Assembly (NCBI GenBank): GCA_963665095.1 | Contig: OY762069.1 | Location: 2,400,001 to 2,464,000 of the forward strand | DNA from: an uncultured Desulfobacter sp. | GTDB taxonomy: Bacteria; Desulfobacterota; Desulfobacteria; Desulfobacterales; Desulfobacteraceae | Direction of reading: 5' to 3' | DNA length: 64,000 bases | Part shown: one piece after another, positions 10,300 to 20,471 of the stretch | Layout: each line of letters starts with the position of its first letter | Position numbering within the stretch: the stretch's first letter is position 1 | Notes under the pieces: generated by a model | The model's input: the letters and a program-made list of their open reading frames with translations, nothing else | Database searches by the model: none | Told to the model about the DNA's origin: nothing | Made by a program: the position numbers and the translations under genes

Positions 10300-11123
10300 C
10301 GCAGATGTCCGCGACTGATGGTATTCACACTGAAAAACCCGTCATCCACACCGGTGTTGTATTCAACGTCCGACAGGGTCATCAGCGTGGTGTGTTTCTC
10401 CCGGTGATTCTCCATTTTGATCTTATAGGTTGTCCAGAATCCCTGGTGTTGGCGCAAATCTTCCACAGTATAGGTCTTGATCAGGCCCTGGGCGTCGTAA
10501 TATTCGCCTTTGATGGTTTTGTGGGCCGTTTGGGACACCCATAAAATTTTTTCATCGTAAAGACTGTCCTCTTCTCTGGGAATGGATTTGATTTTCCAGC
10601 AGACCTGGCCGTTCATGGTCTCTTCACCTATCAGGGTATGATCGTCCTCATCCACGTTGCGGTCCCCCATGTCGTCATAGGTGAAATCCGAGCCCATGAA
10701 ATAGTCGTTGGTGGAAGCCCCTGAAATTCTCCGGACCTTTCTGAGCGCCGGCATGTAAAGCCACTTGTCATCGTCCCTGGAAGGATCATCATATTCCCAG
10801 GACAAAAAAGCGGTTCCCTTGATATCCCTGGGCTCTTTAAAGGCCATCAGCTTTTTGGTGTCCTTGCCATAATCTTTTCCAAAGGATGACATCACCCGGA
10901 CCCGTTTTTTGTTCCGGCGGTTAATCAGCACCATCTCAATGGTGGATTTTCTGTCATCCCCGTCCGGGGCTTCATCCACCATGACCATGATATCCCGGCC
11001 TGTAAGGGGTTGCGCCCATACAGGGCCGGTCCAGTATATACATATGCCGGAAAAGAAAATCACAGCAGCAGAAAAAGAGACCAAAAGATAAAAACCAAAC
11101 CTTTTTTCCAGCTGGTTTAACAT
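10296..11123 (-). CDS. outer membrane lipoprotein-sorting (LolA-like) protein
   Basis: F.EP.DIKGTAFL, WLYMPALRKVRRI, FMGSDFTYDD. Confidence 0.9.
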   Translation of the reverse strand: MLNQLEKRFGFYLLVSFSAAVIFFSGICIYWTGPVWAQPLTGRDIMVMVDEAPDGDDRKSTIEMVLINRRNKKRVRVMSSFGKDYGKDTKKLMAFKEPRDIKGTAFLSWEYDDPSRDDDKWLYMPALRKVRRISGASTNDYFMGSDFTYDDMGDRNVDEDDHTLIGEETMNGQVCWKIKSIPREEDSLYDEKILWVSQTAHKTIKGEYYDAQGLIKTYTVEDLRQHQGFWTTYKIKMENHREKHTTLMTLSDVEYNTGVDDGFFSVNTISRGHLR

Positions 11124-11148
11124 GCTCGTTCCTTTAGTTACGGTTAAA

Positions 11149-11164
11149 GTTAGAGTCTCCTAAC
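11149..11164. promoter_or_regulatory. candidate DtxR/MntR-type operator GTTAG-N6-CTAAC
   Basis: Perfect 5-6-5 inverted repeat just upstream of the 11123 start. Confidence 0.55.
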
Positions 11165-11186
11165 ATGATCCGGCCATAGACTTCTA

Positions 11187-11219
11187 CCCGGATCGGGAGC
11201 ATTTATGCCCGGATCGGGA
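11187..11219 (-). promoter_or_regulatory. candidate AraC-family activator site (12-bp direct repeat, 21-bp period)
   Basis: CCCGGATCGGGA at 11187-11198 and 11208-11219. Confidence 0.6.
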
Positions 11220-11225
11220 ATCAAT

Positions 11226-13331
11226 TCAGAATCTGTAAGTAACAGTTATGCCGAACATCCTTGGATCACCGTTTTGGGCCACACCAATGGGTTCGCTGGC
11301 ACCATAATCAAAGGTGGAGGTGTAATACGCCTCATCAAAGGCGTTTTTACACCACAGGATCACATCATATTTTTCCGCTTCATATCCAATTCGCAGGTTA
11401 ACCAGGCAGTAGTCCCCGAATTTGACATGATCATCATTCTGCACATTACCGTACATCTCTCCTGTGCCCAGGAAATCCACCCGGCCGAAGAATCCGGATT
11501 TATGGCGGTACTGGGTACCCAAACTGTATGTGTAGTCCGGGGTATTGGGCATTTTATTTCCTGAGAAGTCTGTGGTTGTGCTGTCCCACTCATCAATTTC
11601 AGCATCAATATATCCAAACGTGGCAAACACGTCCCATCCCTTTGCCGGTTTTGCCTGAAGTTCAAGCTCAATCCCTTTGGAATGGGCCTTGGCCGCATTT
11701 GAAATGGATGCAATGGCCCCACCGGCCGTATACTGGGAGATCTGTTTATCTTTCATGGAAATATAATAGAGGGATGCATTGGCAATAAGGCGTTTATCAA
11801 ACCAGTCTGTCTTAACCCCAACCTCGTAATTCCAGGTGTATTCCGGGTCATACACAAAACTTGCCCTGTCAGTTGCCTGGGCATAGTTGTACCCGCCTTC
11901 AAGATATCCTTTGGCCACAGAGGCATAGGCCATGGCGTTTGAATTGACATCACAGGAGAGTACCACCTTGGGCAGCCACTGGCCAAAATCAAGATCCTTG
12001 CTGTAATCGGCAGAAATATCATTGTAGGACCAGTCATATCCGGCCAGGTTCTGGCTTCCCTCAAGGTCTACGTAGTCATATCTCATCCCGCCGGTGAGAT
12101 GAAGCCGGTTAAAGAATGTATATGTGGCGTTTACAAAGGCGGCCGCGCCGTTTTTCTCAACCTGTGTCTGCCTGACCTGCATGCCGTCAAATTTTGAAAA
12201 ATCAATATCTGTTTTTTCATTGAACCCATATACACCCAAAAGCCATTCAAACGGACCTGAACTCTCTTTTGAAGAGATCCGCACCTCCTGACTTAAAAAC
12301 CGGTCATCAAAATCCCAGGTATTTTTCCCATAATTTTCCACGCCCACCCCGCTGCCAAGGCAGGAATACTGGTCATACGCCCTGTGGCCGGTGACAGACA
12401 CAAGGTCAAAGGCATCGGCTTCATACTCAACCTTTAACGCCTGGCCAGACCCTTCCTGGTCAAGGGTGGAATCATAAAAGCCCCTCATCTCAGTGGGGTT
12501 GTCGTTTTTCAGTCCGTCATCGCTTGTAAATATTCTGTACAGGCCCTGCCCGTCGTCATATTCAAACACATCGGCGGTCAGTAAGACAGACAGTTTGTCA
12601 CTGGGAAGCCATAAAGCATCAGCCTTGATGTTCCTTCTGTCTGTTCGTGCGGCATCCTCGTCTCCGGTTCTTGTGTTTTTCATGAACCCGTCACTTTTGA
12701 TCCCCTGGGCGTCAATGCCTATAAAAAACCGGTCCTTGACAACCGGGATATCTAAACCCACACCAACCTGATACTCGGGTACCGTACCGTGGGAGGTGTC
12801 ATACATGCCGCAGGTGGCCTTGACCATCCCGCCGAACTGGTTTGACGGCTCCCGTGTGACAATGTTCAACACCCCGGATTCCGTGTTTCTGCCGTAAAGA
12901 GTTCCCTGGGGACCCCTTAGGAATTCCACCCGTTCAACATCCAAAAGCTCCAGATTGTGCATGAACTGAAGCGGGTAGTTTATGCCGTCAATATAAACGC
13001 CCACAGGCCCGATGGTGGCCCCGTCCACGGAAGAAACCCCTCTGACCACCATGATATTTTCCATGGTGGCCTGTTTGAAATAAACATTGGGGACAAGTCT
13101 TATAAGATCCGGCGTATTGTCGATGCCGGCATCCTCGAGCGCCATGGCATCAAAGGCATCCATACTGATGGGCACCTGCTGCTCATCTGCCTTTGTTTTT
13201 TCCGCTGTCACGGTAAGGGTTTCCACCTGGACGACCTCACCCTGAGAGGCCTTTCCGCTACTGGCCCATGCCGGCACTCCCGTCATAATAAAAACAAGCA
13301 CCATTAAGAATACTGTTCGTTTTTTCATCAT
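11226..13331 (-). CDS. TonB-dependent receptor (FyuA/pesticin receptor-like)
   Basis: ETLTVTAEK TonB box, ERVEFLRGPQGTLYGRN, C-terminal TYRF. Confidence 0.95.
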   Translation of the reverse strand: MMKKRTVFLMVLVFIMTGVPAWASSGKASQGEVVQVETLTVTAEKTKADEQQVPISMDAFDAMALEDAGIDNTPDLIRLVPNVYFKQATMENIMVVRGVSSVDGATIGPVGVYIDGINYPLQFMHNLELLDVERVEFLRGPQGTLYGRNTESGVLNIVTREPSNQFGGMVKATCGMYDTSHGTVPEYQVGVGLDIPVVKDRFFIGIDAQGIKSDGFMKNTRTGDEDAARTDRRNIKADALWLPSDKLSVLLTADVFEYDDGQGLYRIFTSDDGLKNDNPTEMRGFYDSTLDQEGSGQALKVEYEADAFDLVSVTGHRAYDQYSCLGSGVGVENYGKNTWDFDDRFLSQEVRISSKESSGPFEWLLGVYGFNEKTDIDFSKFDGMQVRQTQVEKNGAAAFVNATYTFFNRLHLTGGMRYDYVDLEGSQNLAGYDWSYNDISADYSKDLDFGQWLPKVVLSCDVNSNAMAYASVAKGYLEGGYNYAQATDRASFVYDPEYTWNYEVGVKTDWFDKRLIANASLYYISMKDKQISQYTAGGAIASISNAAKAHSKGIELELQAKPAKGWDVFATFGYIDAEIDEWDSTTTDFSGNKMPNTPDYTYSLGTQYRHKSGFFGRVDFLGTGEMYGNVQNDDHVKFGDYCLVNLRIGYEAEKYDVILWCKNAFDEAYYTSTFDYGASEPIGVAQNGDPRMFGITVTYRF

Positions 13332-13551
13332 TGTTTTCCTCTCCTTTTCACGGGTTAAAAATCACAAACTCAAACCGCATGAATAGCAGAAGATGATATA
13401 AACAATTTTCACATTAGTACACTTTACTTGCTGTAAAATACATTTTTTGATTTTGTAGACTTTAAGCATTGCAGAAGTCATGAGGATCTCAGTTTGCGGA
13501 ACTCAAGCTTGATTGGTGTACACCGAAGATCTTTTTTTGTATGTGTTTTTC

Positions 13552-14499
13552 TCAAGGACGATTCGATTTAGAAACTCCATGGCGAACCATTTCGGCATAT
13601 TTACTTGGTGGAACACCATAGCGGGCACGAAATGCCCGGGAAAAATGGCTGGAGCTGGCGAACCCGACCATCAGGGCGATCTGGGTCAGATTTTTATCCT
13701 GTTCAAAAAGCATCTGCTTTGCCCGCTTCAGACGCAAATTCCTGACACAGGCCCCAGGTGTTGTACCGAAAACCTGGCTGAATCCGTTAATCAGCTTGGT
13801 TCTTGACATGCCCACATGCCTGGAAAGCTCACAAAGCCCCAGAGGATTCTCCAGGTTGGCACTCAGCAGCTCCTTTGCCAGGTAAAGCCGGTCGACATCC
13901 TCTTTTTTCAAAGGGGGGCGCTTATCAGATTTTTGTTCACCGCAGGACACTGCCATCTCATTGAGCTTGCAGGCAATCAGCTCCATGATTTTGGCTTCAA
14001 CAAAATATTTTGCCGCAATGCCCTGGTAGGGGCAGTGAAGCATCTGGGTCATCAACTGCCGCATCCTTGGGGTAATCGGTCCCGGGATCCTGAAAGGGTC
14101 AGGCGTTTTTCTTATGGCAAGCTTTTGGACGCACAAAGGAAAAATTTGTGCATCGGATTCCACCATTTCGCAAAGAAGCTCATCGGGAACATTCACGCTC
14201 ATGCGCCACACCCCTTCTTTGGATGAGGTCTGGGACCTTACCTTGATTTCAGGAAAATAGTAGACAGCACTTTGCCCGCCCCGGATCTCAAATTCATCCT
14301 TAAAGCACGACACCCGGCTTCTGGTGAACCCGCTGAGGCAAAAGCCGAATCCAAACACCGGCGTTTCCGTTTCAAGACAGGAAACTATGGTTTCTCCCCG
14401 GGTATAGTGCATCAGTTCAACTTTGATCCCCGAAGAAAGGGTAATCGCCCGGTAGGGAGATACGCCTCCGCCTTTGGCATCCTTTTTTTCCGGATTCAC
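13552..14499 (-). CDS. AraC family regulator, PchR/YbtA-like
   Basis: CPYQG...EAKIMEL, double HTH, VGFASSSHFSRAF..YGVPP. Confidence 0.93.
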   Translation of the reverse strand: MNPEKKDAKGGGVSPYRAITLSSGIKVELMHYTRGETIVSCLETETPVFGFGFCLSGFTRSRVSCFKDEFEIRGGQSAVYYFPEIKVRSQTSSKEGVWRMSVNVPDELLCEMVESDAQIFPLCVQKLAIRKTPDPFRIPGPITPRMRQLMTQMLHCPYQGIAAKYFVEAKIMELIACKLNEMAVSCGEQKSDKRPPLKKEDVDRLYLAKELLSANLENPLGLCELSRHVGMSRTKLINGFSQVFGTTPGACVRNLRLKRAKQMLFEQDKNLTQIALMVGFASSSHFSRAFRARYGVPPSKYAEMVRHGVSKSNRP

Positions 14500-14725
14500 T
14501 GTCTTTCCTTAATTTATGGTCTAAATGCCCAAAACCGCGGAACAAATGCGGGCAGTTCACACTATTTTTGTGATAAATAGCCGCCTTTGTAAGGCGTGTC
14601 AAATATATTTTGATATTTATGCCCTATACATCCATTGATCAACAGTATTGCTTTTCCTCCTTAATAGGGTGAAAATTTAAAATCGAAGTTGCACATTGCA
14701 CCATTTTTATGATATATCCGGTTCC

Positions 14726-15904
14726 ATGACACTCATTCAAAGATCCATAGCGCCTGTAATTCGGTCTCTGGCAGTCCAATATCCGGTTGTAACCATCACC
14801 GGGCCGCGGCAGAGCGGGAAAACAACGATCTGCAGGCAAATTTTCAAAGACAAACCCTATGCGAACCTGGAATTTCCTGATACCCGGCAGTTTGCAATGG
14901 ATGATCCCAGAGGATTTCTCGCCCAGTTCCCAAACGGAGCGGTAATTGATGAAATACAGCGAGCCCCGGATTTGACATCGTATATTCAGCCAATGGTTGA
15001 TGAGAATCCAGGCGCAGGGCAGTACATTTTGACCGGCAGTCAGCAATTTGAAGTACGTTCCAGTGTCAATCAATCCCTTGCAGGACGTTCGGCTCTGGTG
15101 AGACTGCTTGCCTTTGATCTCAATGAAATTTCATCCGGCTATGAGGTGCCGGATTCCAATGAACTGCTGTATAAGGGGTTCTATCCCCGAATTTGGGATC
15201 AGGGCCTGAATCCGACCCAGGCGCTTGGTGATTATTACGAAACCTATATCGAACGGGATTTGCGGCAGCTTGTTACCATCAAGGATTTGAATCTGTTTCA
15301 GAAATTTATCAAATTGTGTGCCGGGCGTATCGGACAACTGCTGAATGTGAGTTCCCTTGCCAACGACACCGGCGTGTCCCATACCACGGCATCCAACTGG
15401 ATTTCCATTTTAGAAGCCAGTTTCATTCTTTTTCTTCTGAATCCGTACCATGCAAACATCTCCAAGCGACTGGTCAAATCCCCTAAATTGTATTTTTATG
15501 ATGTGGGGCTTGCCTCGTTTCTGCTGGGCATAGAAACCATGGAACAAATTTTCAGAGACCCGTTGCGCGGCAATCTTTTTGAAAACATGATCATTGCCGA
15601 GGCATTAAAATTCCGCTTTAACCAGGGCAAACGCAGCAATCTATATTTTTACCGTGACAGCAAGGGAAACGAAGTGGATCTTCTATTTTCATCCGGCTCC
15701 ATGCTGTTCCCTGTTGAAATCAAGTCAGGAATGACTGTCACCCGTGATTATTTCAAGGGTTTGAACCATTTTAAAACCCTGTTTGAACCCCAGATGCCCA
15801 ATGGCGGCGGCCTGGTTTACGACGGCATTGACGCCCAGAACCGCTCTGATGTTTCGGTCGTTCCCCTTGACAGGCTTTATCAGCTTTTCGGCCGGGTATG
15901 TTAA
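14726..15904 (+). CDS. ATP-binding protein (AAA_14 + DUF4143)
   Basis: GPRQSGKT, IDEIQR, KSPKLYFYDVG, FENM, YFYRD..GNEVDL..VEIKSG. Confidence 0.93.
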   Translation: MTLIQRSIAPVIRSLAVQYPVVTITGPRQSGKTTICRQIFKDKPYANLEFPDTRQFAMDDPRGFLAQFPNGAVIDEIQRAPDLTSYIQPMVDENPGAGQYILTGSQQFEVRSSVNQSLAGRSALVRLLAFDLNEISSGYEVPDSNELLYKGFYPRIWDQGLNPTQALGDYYETYIERDLRQLVTIKDLNLFQKFIKLCAGRIGQLLNVSSLANDTGVSHTTASNWISILEASFILFLLNPYHANISKRLVKSPKLYFYDVGLASFLLGIETMEQIFRDPLRGNLFENMIIAEALKFRFNQGKRSNLYFYRDSKGNEVDLLFSSGSMLFPVEIKSGMTVTRDYFKGLNHFKTLFEPQMPNGGGLVYDGIDAQNRSDVSVVPLDRLYQLFGRVC

Positions 15905-16283
15905 TATCCATGTCCAGTCAAATTTTGAATCTGTTCAGTTGGCGACAAGCTTGATTTTTTAACATGCCGTTGCCCTGCCCCGCCTGTACCAAAATCAAAC
16001 CCTCAGATACAAGACCCTGTCCCGCTTCCATGGTATGTCATGCCCCATGGAAGATAAAAAGATAACAAACGGGTTAGTACGGCTGGATGAATTTACCGCG
16101 CCTTTCCAGGGGCGGTATCTGGCATCGGCGGCCCAGAGTTTATCGGTATACGAGAAACCTCGGCGGGATGGGAAATTTAAAAGCGGCAAACCATAACAGG
16201 ACAGGCCGGCTTTTTTTTAAAATTTAAGTTAGTTTTTACTTATTTTGTATTAATGTACAGACAAAAGAAGAGGGGATAAAAAA

Positions 16284-18326
16284 ATGAATTGCAAAACTTT
16301 TTGTGTGATGATCGCAGCAGGTTTTTTGCTGCATATGGCCCCGGGTGCCCAGGCCGGGGATTCGCCCGCCAAAGATCCCGTGGCCCTGGAATCCATTACG
16401 GTAACCGCCAATAAAACAGAGGAAAGCGCCCAGGAAATCCCCATGAGCATCACTGTCATTGACGACATTGAGATCCAGGACCGCTCCATTGATACCACAG
16501 AACGGCTTTTCCAGCGCATGCCCAACATGCACATGACCAAGATGGGGCCTGTGGGGCTCTCCCAGAATATTGCCTCGGTCAGAGGGATCTCTTCGTTCAT
16601 GACCGGCGGGGATGTGTTCGGCTTTTTTGTGGATGATGTATTTTACCCGTCTGCCGACATCAACCTCATGGATGTTGAGCGCATTGAAGTGTTAAGGGGG
16701 CCCCAGGGCACCCTGTATGGGAAAAACACCGAGGCCGGTGTCATCAACATCATCACCAGAACCCCTGAAAATGACTGGGGCGGGGAGATATCCCTTTCCT
16801 ATGGAAACTATGACACCTTTGAAACCGTTCTGGCCGGCGGCGGAGCAATTGTCAAGGATAAGTTGTTCCTGCGCCTGGCCGGCCGATACCTGGGCTCTGA
16901 CGGTTATTTCACCAACACCGTGGACAACGATGACACCGTGGATGAAAAAAAGAATTATGACGGGCGGCTCTCCCTGCGGTACCTGCCGACCGAAAACCTC
17001 ACCGCAGACCTGAAAATCAACTGGCAGAAGTATGACGCCAACTATTCTGAGTTCACCACTTTTGACAAGGTCATGGACAACAACTTTGACATCAGCGTCA
17101 ATGATCCCGGCCATGCGGACAAGGATTTTTCCAATGCCTCGTTAAAGCTCGCCTGGGACATGGATACCATCCGACTGACCTCCATCACCACGGCCCTGGA
17201 CAGTGATGCGGTCTATGGAAATGATATGGATTTCACTTCATATGATTTCTACCGGTTTGAGGCAGGCATGGACAGATCGCTTTTCACCCAGGAACTGCGG
17301 TTAAATTCCCGGCCTGACAATGCCTTGAAATGGACGGCCGGGGCCTATTTCTTTTCAGGACAGGATGACCAGAGCATTGTGTATGACATGGTTCCTTATA
17401 ATGTGACGGCCCAGCTTTACGCCAACACCGACACCACGGGCATGGCTGTTTTCGGCCAGGTTGACTACACCTTGAATAAATGGGTTTTCACCGCCGGATT
17501 ACGGTATGAATACGAGGAAAAAACCTTTGATTATGAGTGGAAGGGCGGTGCCATGGTCGGTTATACCCCCTGTGCCGGTTCCACGGAAAAGGATTTTGAT
17601 GCCCTGTTGCCCAAGCTTGCCTTAACCTACCATGCCACGGATCACTTCAGACCCTATGCCAGCGTGACCAAAGGCTTTAAAAGCGGTGGGTTCAACTTAA
17701 GCACGGATCCCGGCGTGGCCTATGATGCGGAATACACCTGGAACTATGAGCTTGGGTTTAAAAGTGAACTTGCCAACAACCGGATTCAGTTCAATGCCGC
17801 CCTGTTTTATATTGACTGGAAGGATCTGCAGGTGGAGCAGCCCTCCTATCCCGACTACATCATAGAAAATGCGGCCCAGGCCACCAGCAAGGGCGTGGAG
17901 GTAGAGGTGATCCTTCGCCTTCTGGCAGGACTTGAGGTATACGGCAGCCTGGGATATGTGGATGCCACCTTTGATGAATATACCAATGACGGTGTTGACT
18001 ATTCAGGAAAGGATATTCCCAACGCCCCGTCCCATACTTACAGCCTGGGCGCAACCTACCGTTTCCCTGACCACTGGATGGTCAATGCCGAACTCAACGG
18101 TACCGGCACCATCTATTACGAGGCCGATAATGAAAAATCCCAGTCCAGCTACCGGATTGTAGATGTAAAGGCCGGATATGAAGCAGACCGGTTTGATATA
18201 TATGTATGGGCCAATAATCTGTTTGACCAGGCCTATGCCACCCGGGCCTTTGAGATGAGCGGGCAATGGTGGGCCAGGAACGGAAACCCTTTGACCTTTG
18301 GGTTAACCTTCAGGTACAGATTCTGA
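16284..18326 (+). CDS. TonB-dependent receptor (FyuA-like)
   Basis: ESITVTANK, ERIEVLRGPQGTLYGKN, GFKSGGFN, C-terminal RYRF; AGGGG RBS. Confidence 0.95.
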   Translation: MNCKTFCVMIAAGFLLHMAPGAQAGDSPAKDPVALESITVTANKTEESAQEIPMSITVIDDIEIQDRSIDTTERLFQRMPNMHMTKMGPVGLSQNIASVRGISSFMTGGDVFGFFVDDVFYPSADINLMDVERIEVLRGPQGTLYGKNTEAGVINIITRTPENDWGGEISLSYGNYDTFETVLAGGGAIVKDKLFLRLAGRYLGSDGYFTNTVDNDDTVDEKKNYDGRLSLRYLPTENLTADLKINWQKYDANYSEFTTFDKVMDNNFDISVNDPGHADKDFSNASLKLAWDMDTIRLTSITTALDSDAVYGNDMDFTSYDFYRFEAGMDRSLFTQELRLNSRPDNALKWTAGAYFFSGQDDQSIVYDMVPYNVTAQLYANTDTTGMAVFGQVDYTLNKWVFTAGLRYEYEEKTFDYEWKGGAMVGYTPCAGSTEKDFDALLPKLALTYHATDHFRPYASVTKGFKSGGFNLSTDPGVAYDAEYTWNYELGFKSELANNRIQFNAALFYIDWKDLQVEQPSYPDYIIENAAQATSKGVEVEVILRLLAGLEVYGSLGYVDATFDEYTNDGVDYSGKDIPNAPSHTYSLGATYRFPDHWMVNAELNGTGTIYYEADNEKSQSSYRIVDVKAGYEADRFDIYVWANNLFDQAYATRAFEMSGQWWARNGNPLTFGLTFRYRF

Positions 18327-18344
18327 TTTTATGGTGGCATAGGA

Positions 18345-18713
18345 ATGGACAAAAAAATAAACGGGCTCAGTGTAAAAGATCTGGTGACCACCGGGATTTT
18401 TTCAGCCCTTTATATTGTCTTCATGTTCATGGGGGGCCTGTTTTTTGCCCCCAATCCGGTGCTGACCGCCCAGTCCGGACAGATCATCGGGCTTTTGTTT
18501 GACGAACCCACGTCCGGACTGGATCTCGGCATTATGATACAGGTCAGGGACCTGTTTTATAACCTGGCCGGCCAAAATAAACTGATTTTTGTGATTTCCC
18601 ATGATTATGAATTCATGGGCGCGGTCTGCTCCCGCATTATCCGTCTCCACCAGGGCAGGATAGCAAAGGATTTTCTTCCGGAAGAACAGGGCCGGTTGAG
18701 CGTGCCTGTTTAA
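18345..18713 (+). pseudogene. in-frame deletion chimera: N-terminus of MptD-like ECF S component fused to C-terminus of an ECF/ABC ATPase
   Basis: LSVKDLVTTGIFSALY (S component start) joined to LFDEPTSGLD...VISHD; no Walker A. Confidence 0.8.
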
Positions 18714-19647
18714 GGTAGGTGCCCGGGGTAGTGCCATAATGCTGCCGGAACTGGCGAATAAAGTGGGCTGTATCGTGAAAGCCCAAGGTGTACGCAGTTT
18801 CATCCACATTCATCTGCCCGGCTGAAAGAAGCCTAGCAGCCCTAACCATGCGATACTGCCGCAGGTAACCGAACACAGTGGTACCGTATACCTGGCGAAA
18901 TCCCCGTTTCAGTTTTGTATCATTGAGACCGGCTTTCCGGGCAAGGGTTTTCAGGGCAGGTGGCGCGTCTGCTTCCCGGATCAGGATATCCCTGGCATGG
19001 CAGATTTTTGCCCGGTCCTGGTCTGAAAGGGTATGGCCGGTGAGGCCGGACACTCCGGATTTTGCGGTTTCCCAGAGAAGGCGCAGTATCAGTTCCATGC
19101 TTTTGGCTTCAAGGTATCGGTTGTAAAAAGCACCCTGGTAGTCGCAATTGTAAATCTGGTCCAGGATCATGCGGGCGGCAGGACTGATATCCAGGGCCAG
19201 GTTGAAGGGGGCCTGATCCCTGTTTTCAAGGACGCGGCCAAGCCTTTGGGGCACCTGGCTGACATCTTCCTGCAACAGCCCGCGCAAGGTTTGGGGGGCA
19301 ATGTACAGGTTCAGCACCTTAAAGGTCTGCCGGGCGTTCATCCGGGTCAGGCACTGGCTTTCAGGGTTGAATGAGAGAACCGCTTTGCCGGGGCATACAT
19401 CAACCTGCTCTTTTTTTGAGGGGGAGCGTGTCATGGTGCCGGTGCCGCACCCTGCCAAATGAAAGGCAAAGGCCAGGGGAGCCTGATCAATATTAAATAC
19501 ATTTTGAGCCGCAGTTTCAGACCGGATATCCACAAACAACATCTCTATACCCGAAGGCAGGGAAACGTGTTTAAGGCCCCGGGGGTCCAGGCGGCCAAAG
19601 GCCTTTAAAAAACTCCATGACGTATTCAATGCAACTGCTGACATCAT
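18637..19647 (-). CDS. AraC family regulator, PchR-like
   Basis: YLEAKSMEL, LARKAGLNDTKLKRGFRQVYGTTVFGYL, HFIRQF; GAGGAG RBS at 19651-19657. Confidence 0.92.
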   Translation of the reverse strand: MMSAVALNTSWSFLKAFGRLDPRGLKHVSLPSGIEMLFVDIRSETAAQNVFNIDQAPLAFAFHLAGCGTGTMTRSPSKKEQVDVCPGKAVLSFNPESQCLTRMNARQTFKVLNLYIAPQTLRGLLQEDVSQVPQRLGRVLENRDQAPFNLALDISPAARMILDQIYNCDYQGAFYNRYLEAKSMELILRLLWETAKSGVSGLTGHTLSDQDRAKICHARDILIREADAPPALKTLARKAGLNDTKLKRGFRQVYGTTVFGYLRQYRMVRAARLLSAGQMNVDETAYTLGFHDTAHFIRQFRQHYGTTPGTYLKQARSTGPVLPEENPLLSCPGGDG

Positions 19648-19844
19648 CACTCTCCTCAATGTGGGACAGAGATAGCTCATCATATTAGCTTTGTCAAACA
19701 TTAGTTTTGAATTATTACAAAGATCAGGTATTCAAAATGTGCTCTCCAGATACCAATAAGATTCCTTTATTTACAATGACCAAAGGTCAATCCGGTTTAA
19801 TATGGCTTTGTAAACAGAAATTGTATTTTAAATAAGGAGGAAAC

Positions 19845-20471
19845 ATGATTTCCCAACTCAGACAAATTCGGCAACAATTTATCCAAAAAACCGCCAAACA
19901 GCCTGAAGGTGGCTGGGCCATAAAGCAATACAACGACCCCAAAGCCCATTACCGCTCATTCAGGATGGTCATGGACACATTGCGTCTTTCACAAGAGGAT
20001 GTGTATTGCGAAATCGGTTGCGGTGGCGGCGTTCTTTTAAAAATGGCCATGGAAAAGGCAGGCAGTGGTGCCGCACTGGACCACAGCCGGGATATGGTCA
20101 GCCTTTCCATTGAAAACAACCGGGACGCTGTGGATAGCAACCGGCTTGAGATTCTCCAGGGAAATGCCGAAGCGCTGCCCTGGCCGTCCCGGCGATTCAC
20201 TGCCTGTGCCTGTGCCAACATGTTTTTCTTTGTTGAACACCCCAATGCCGCTTTAGCTGAAATATTCAGAGTCCTTGCACCCGGCGGCCGGTTCTCCATG
20301 GTCACCGCCGGACAAAGCTTTTTAACCCGGATCACCATGGGATGGCTATATGGCCTGAACACCTATCCGGATGCCGCCATGTCCACCATGATGAAAAAAG
20401 CGGGCTTTTCAAACATCCGGGTAAAAACGGAAAGGACCGGCTTAACCCAGGTCTGCTATGGAAGGAAGTGA
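19845..20471 (+). CDS. class I SAM-dependent methyltransferase (Methyltransf_11 type)
   Basis: EIGCGGG, GNAEALPW, EIFRVLAPGG; AGGAGG RBS. Confidence 0.92.
   Translation: MISQLRQIRQQFIQKTAKQPEGGWAIKQYNDPKAHYRSFRMVMDTLRLSQEDVYCEIGCGGGVLLKMAMEKAGSGAALDHSRDMVSLSIENNRDAVDSNRLEILQGNAEALPWPSRRFTACACANMFFFVEHPNAALAEIFRVLAPGGRFSMVTAGQSFLTRITMGWLYGLNTYPDAAMSTMMKKAGFSNIRVKTERTGLTQVCYGRK

Noticed and set aside
15996..16196. Possible methyltransferase C-terminal remnant or cobalamin riboswitch upstream of the 16284 receptor
   Set aside because: No B12 box; protein similarity too weak to call
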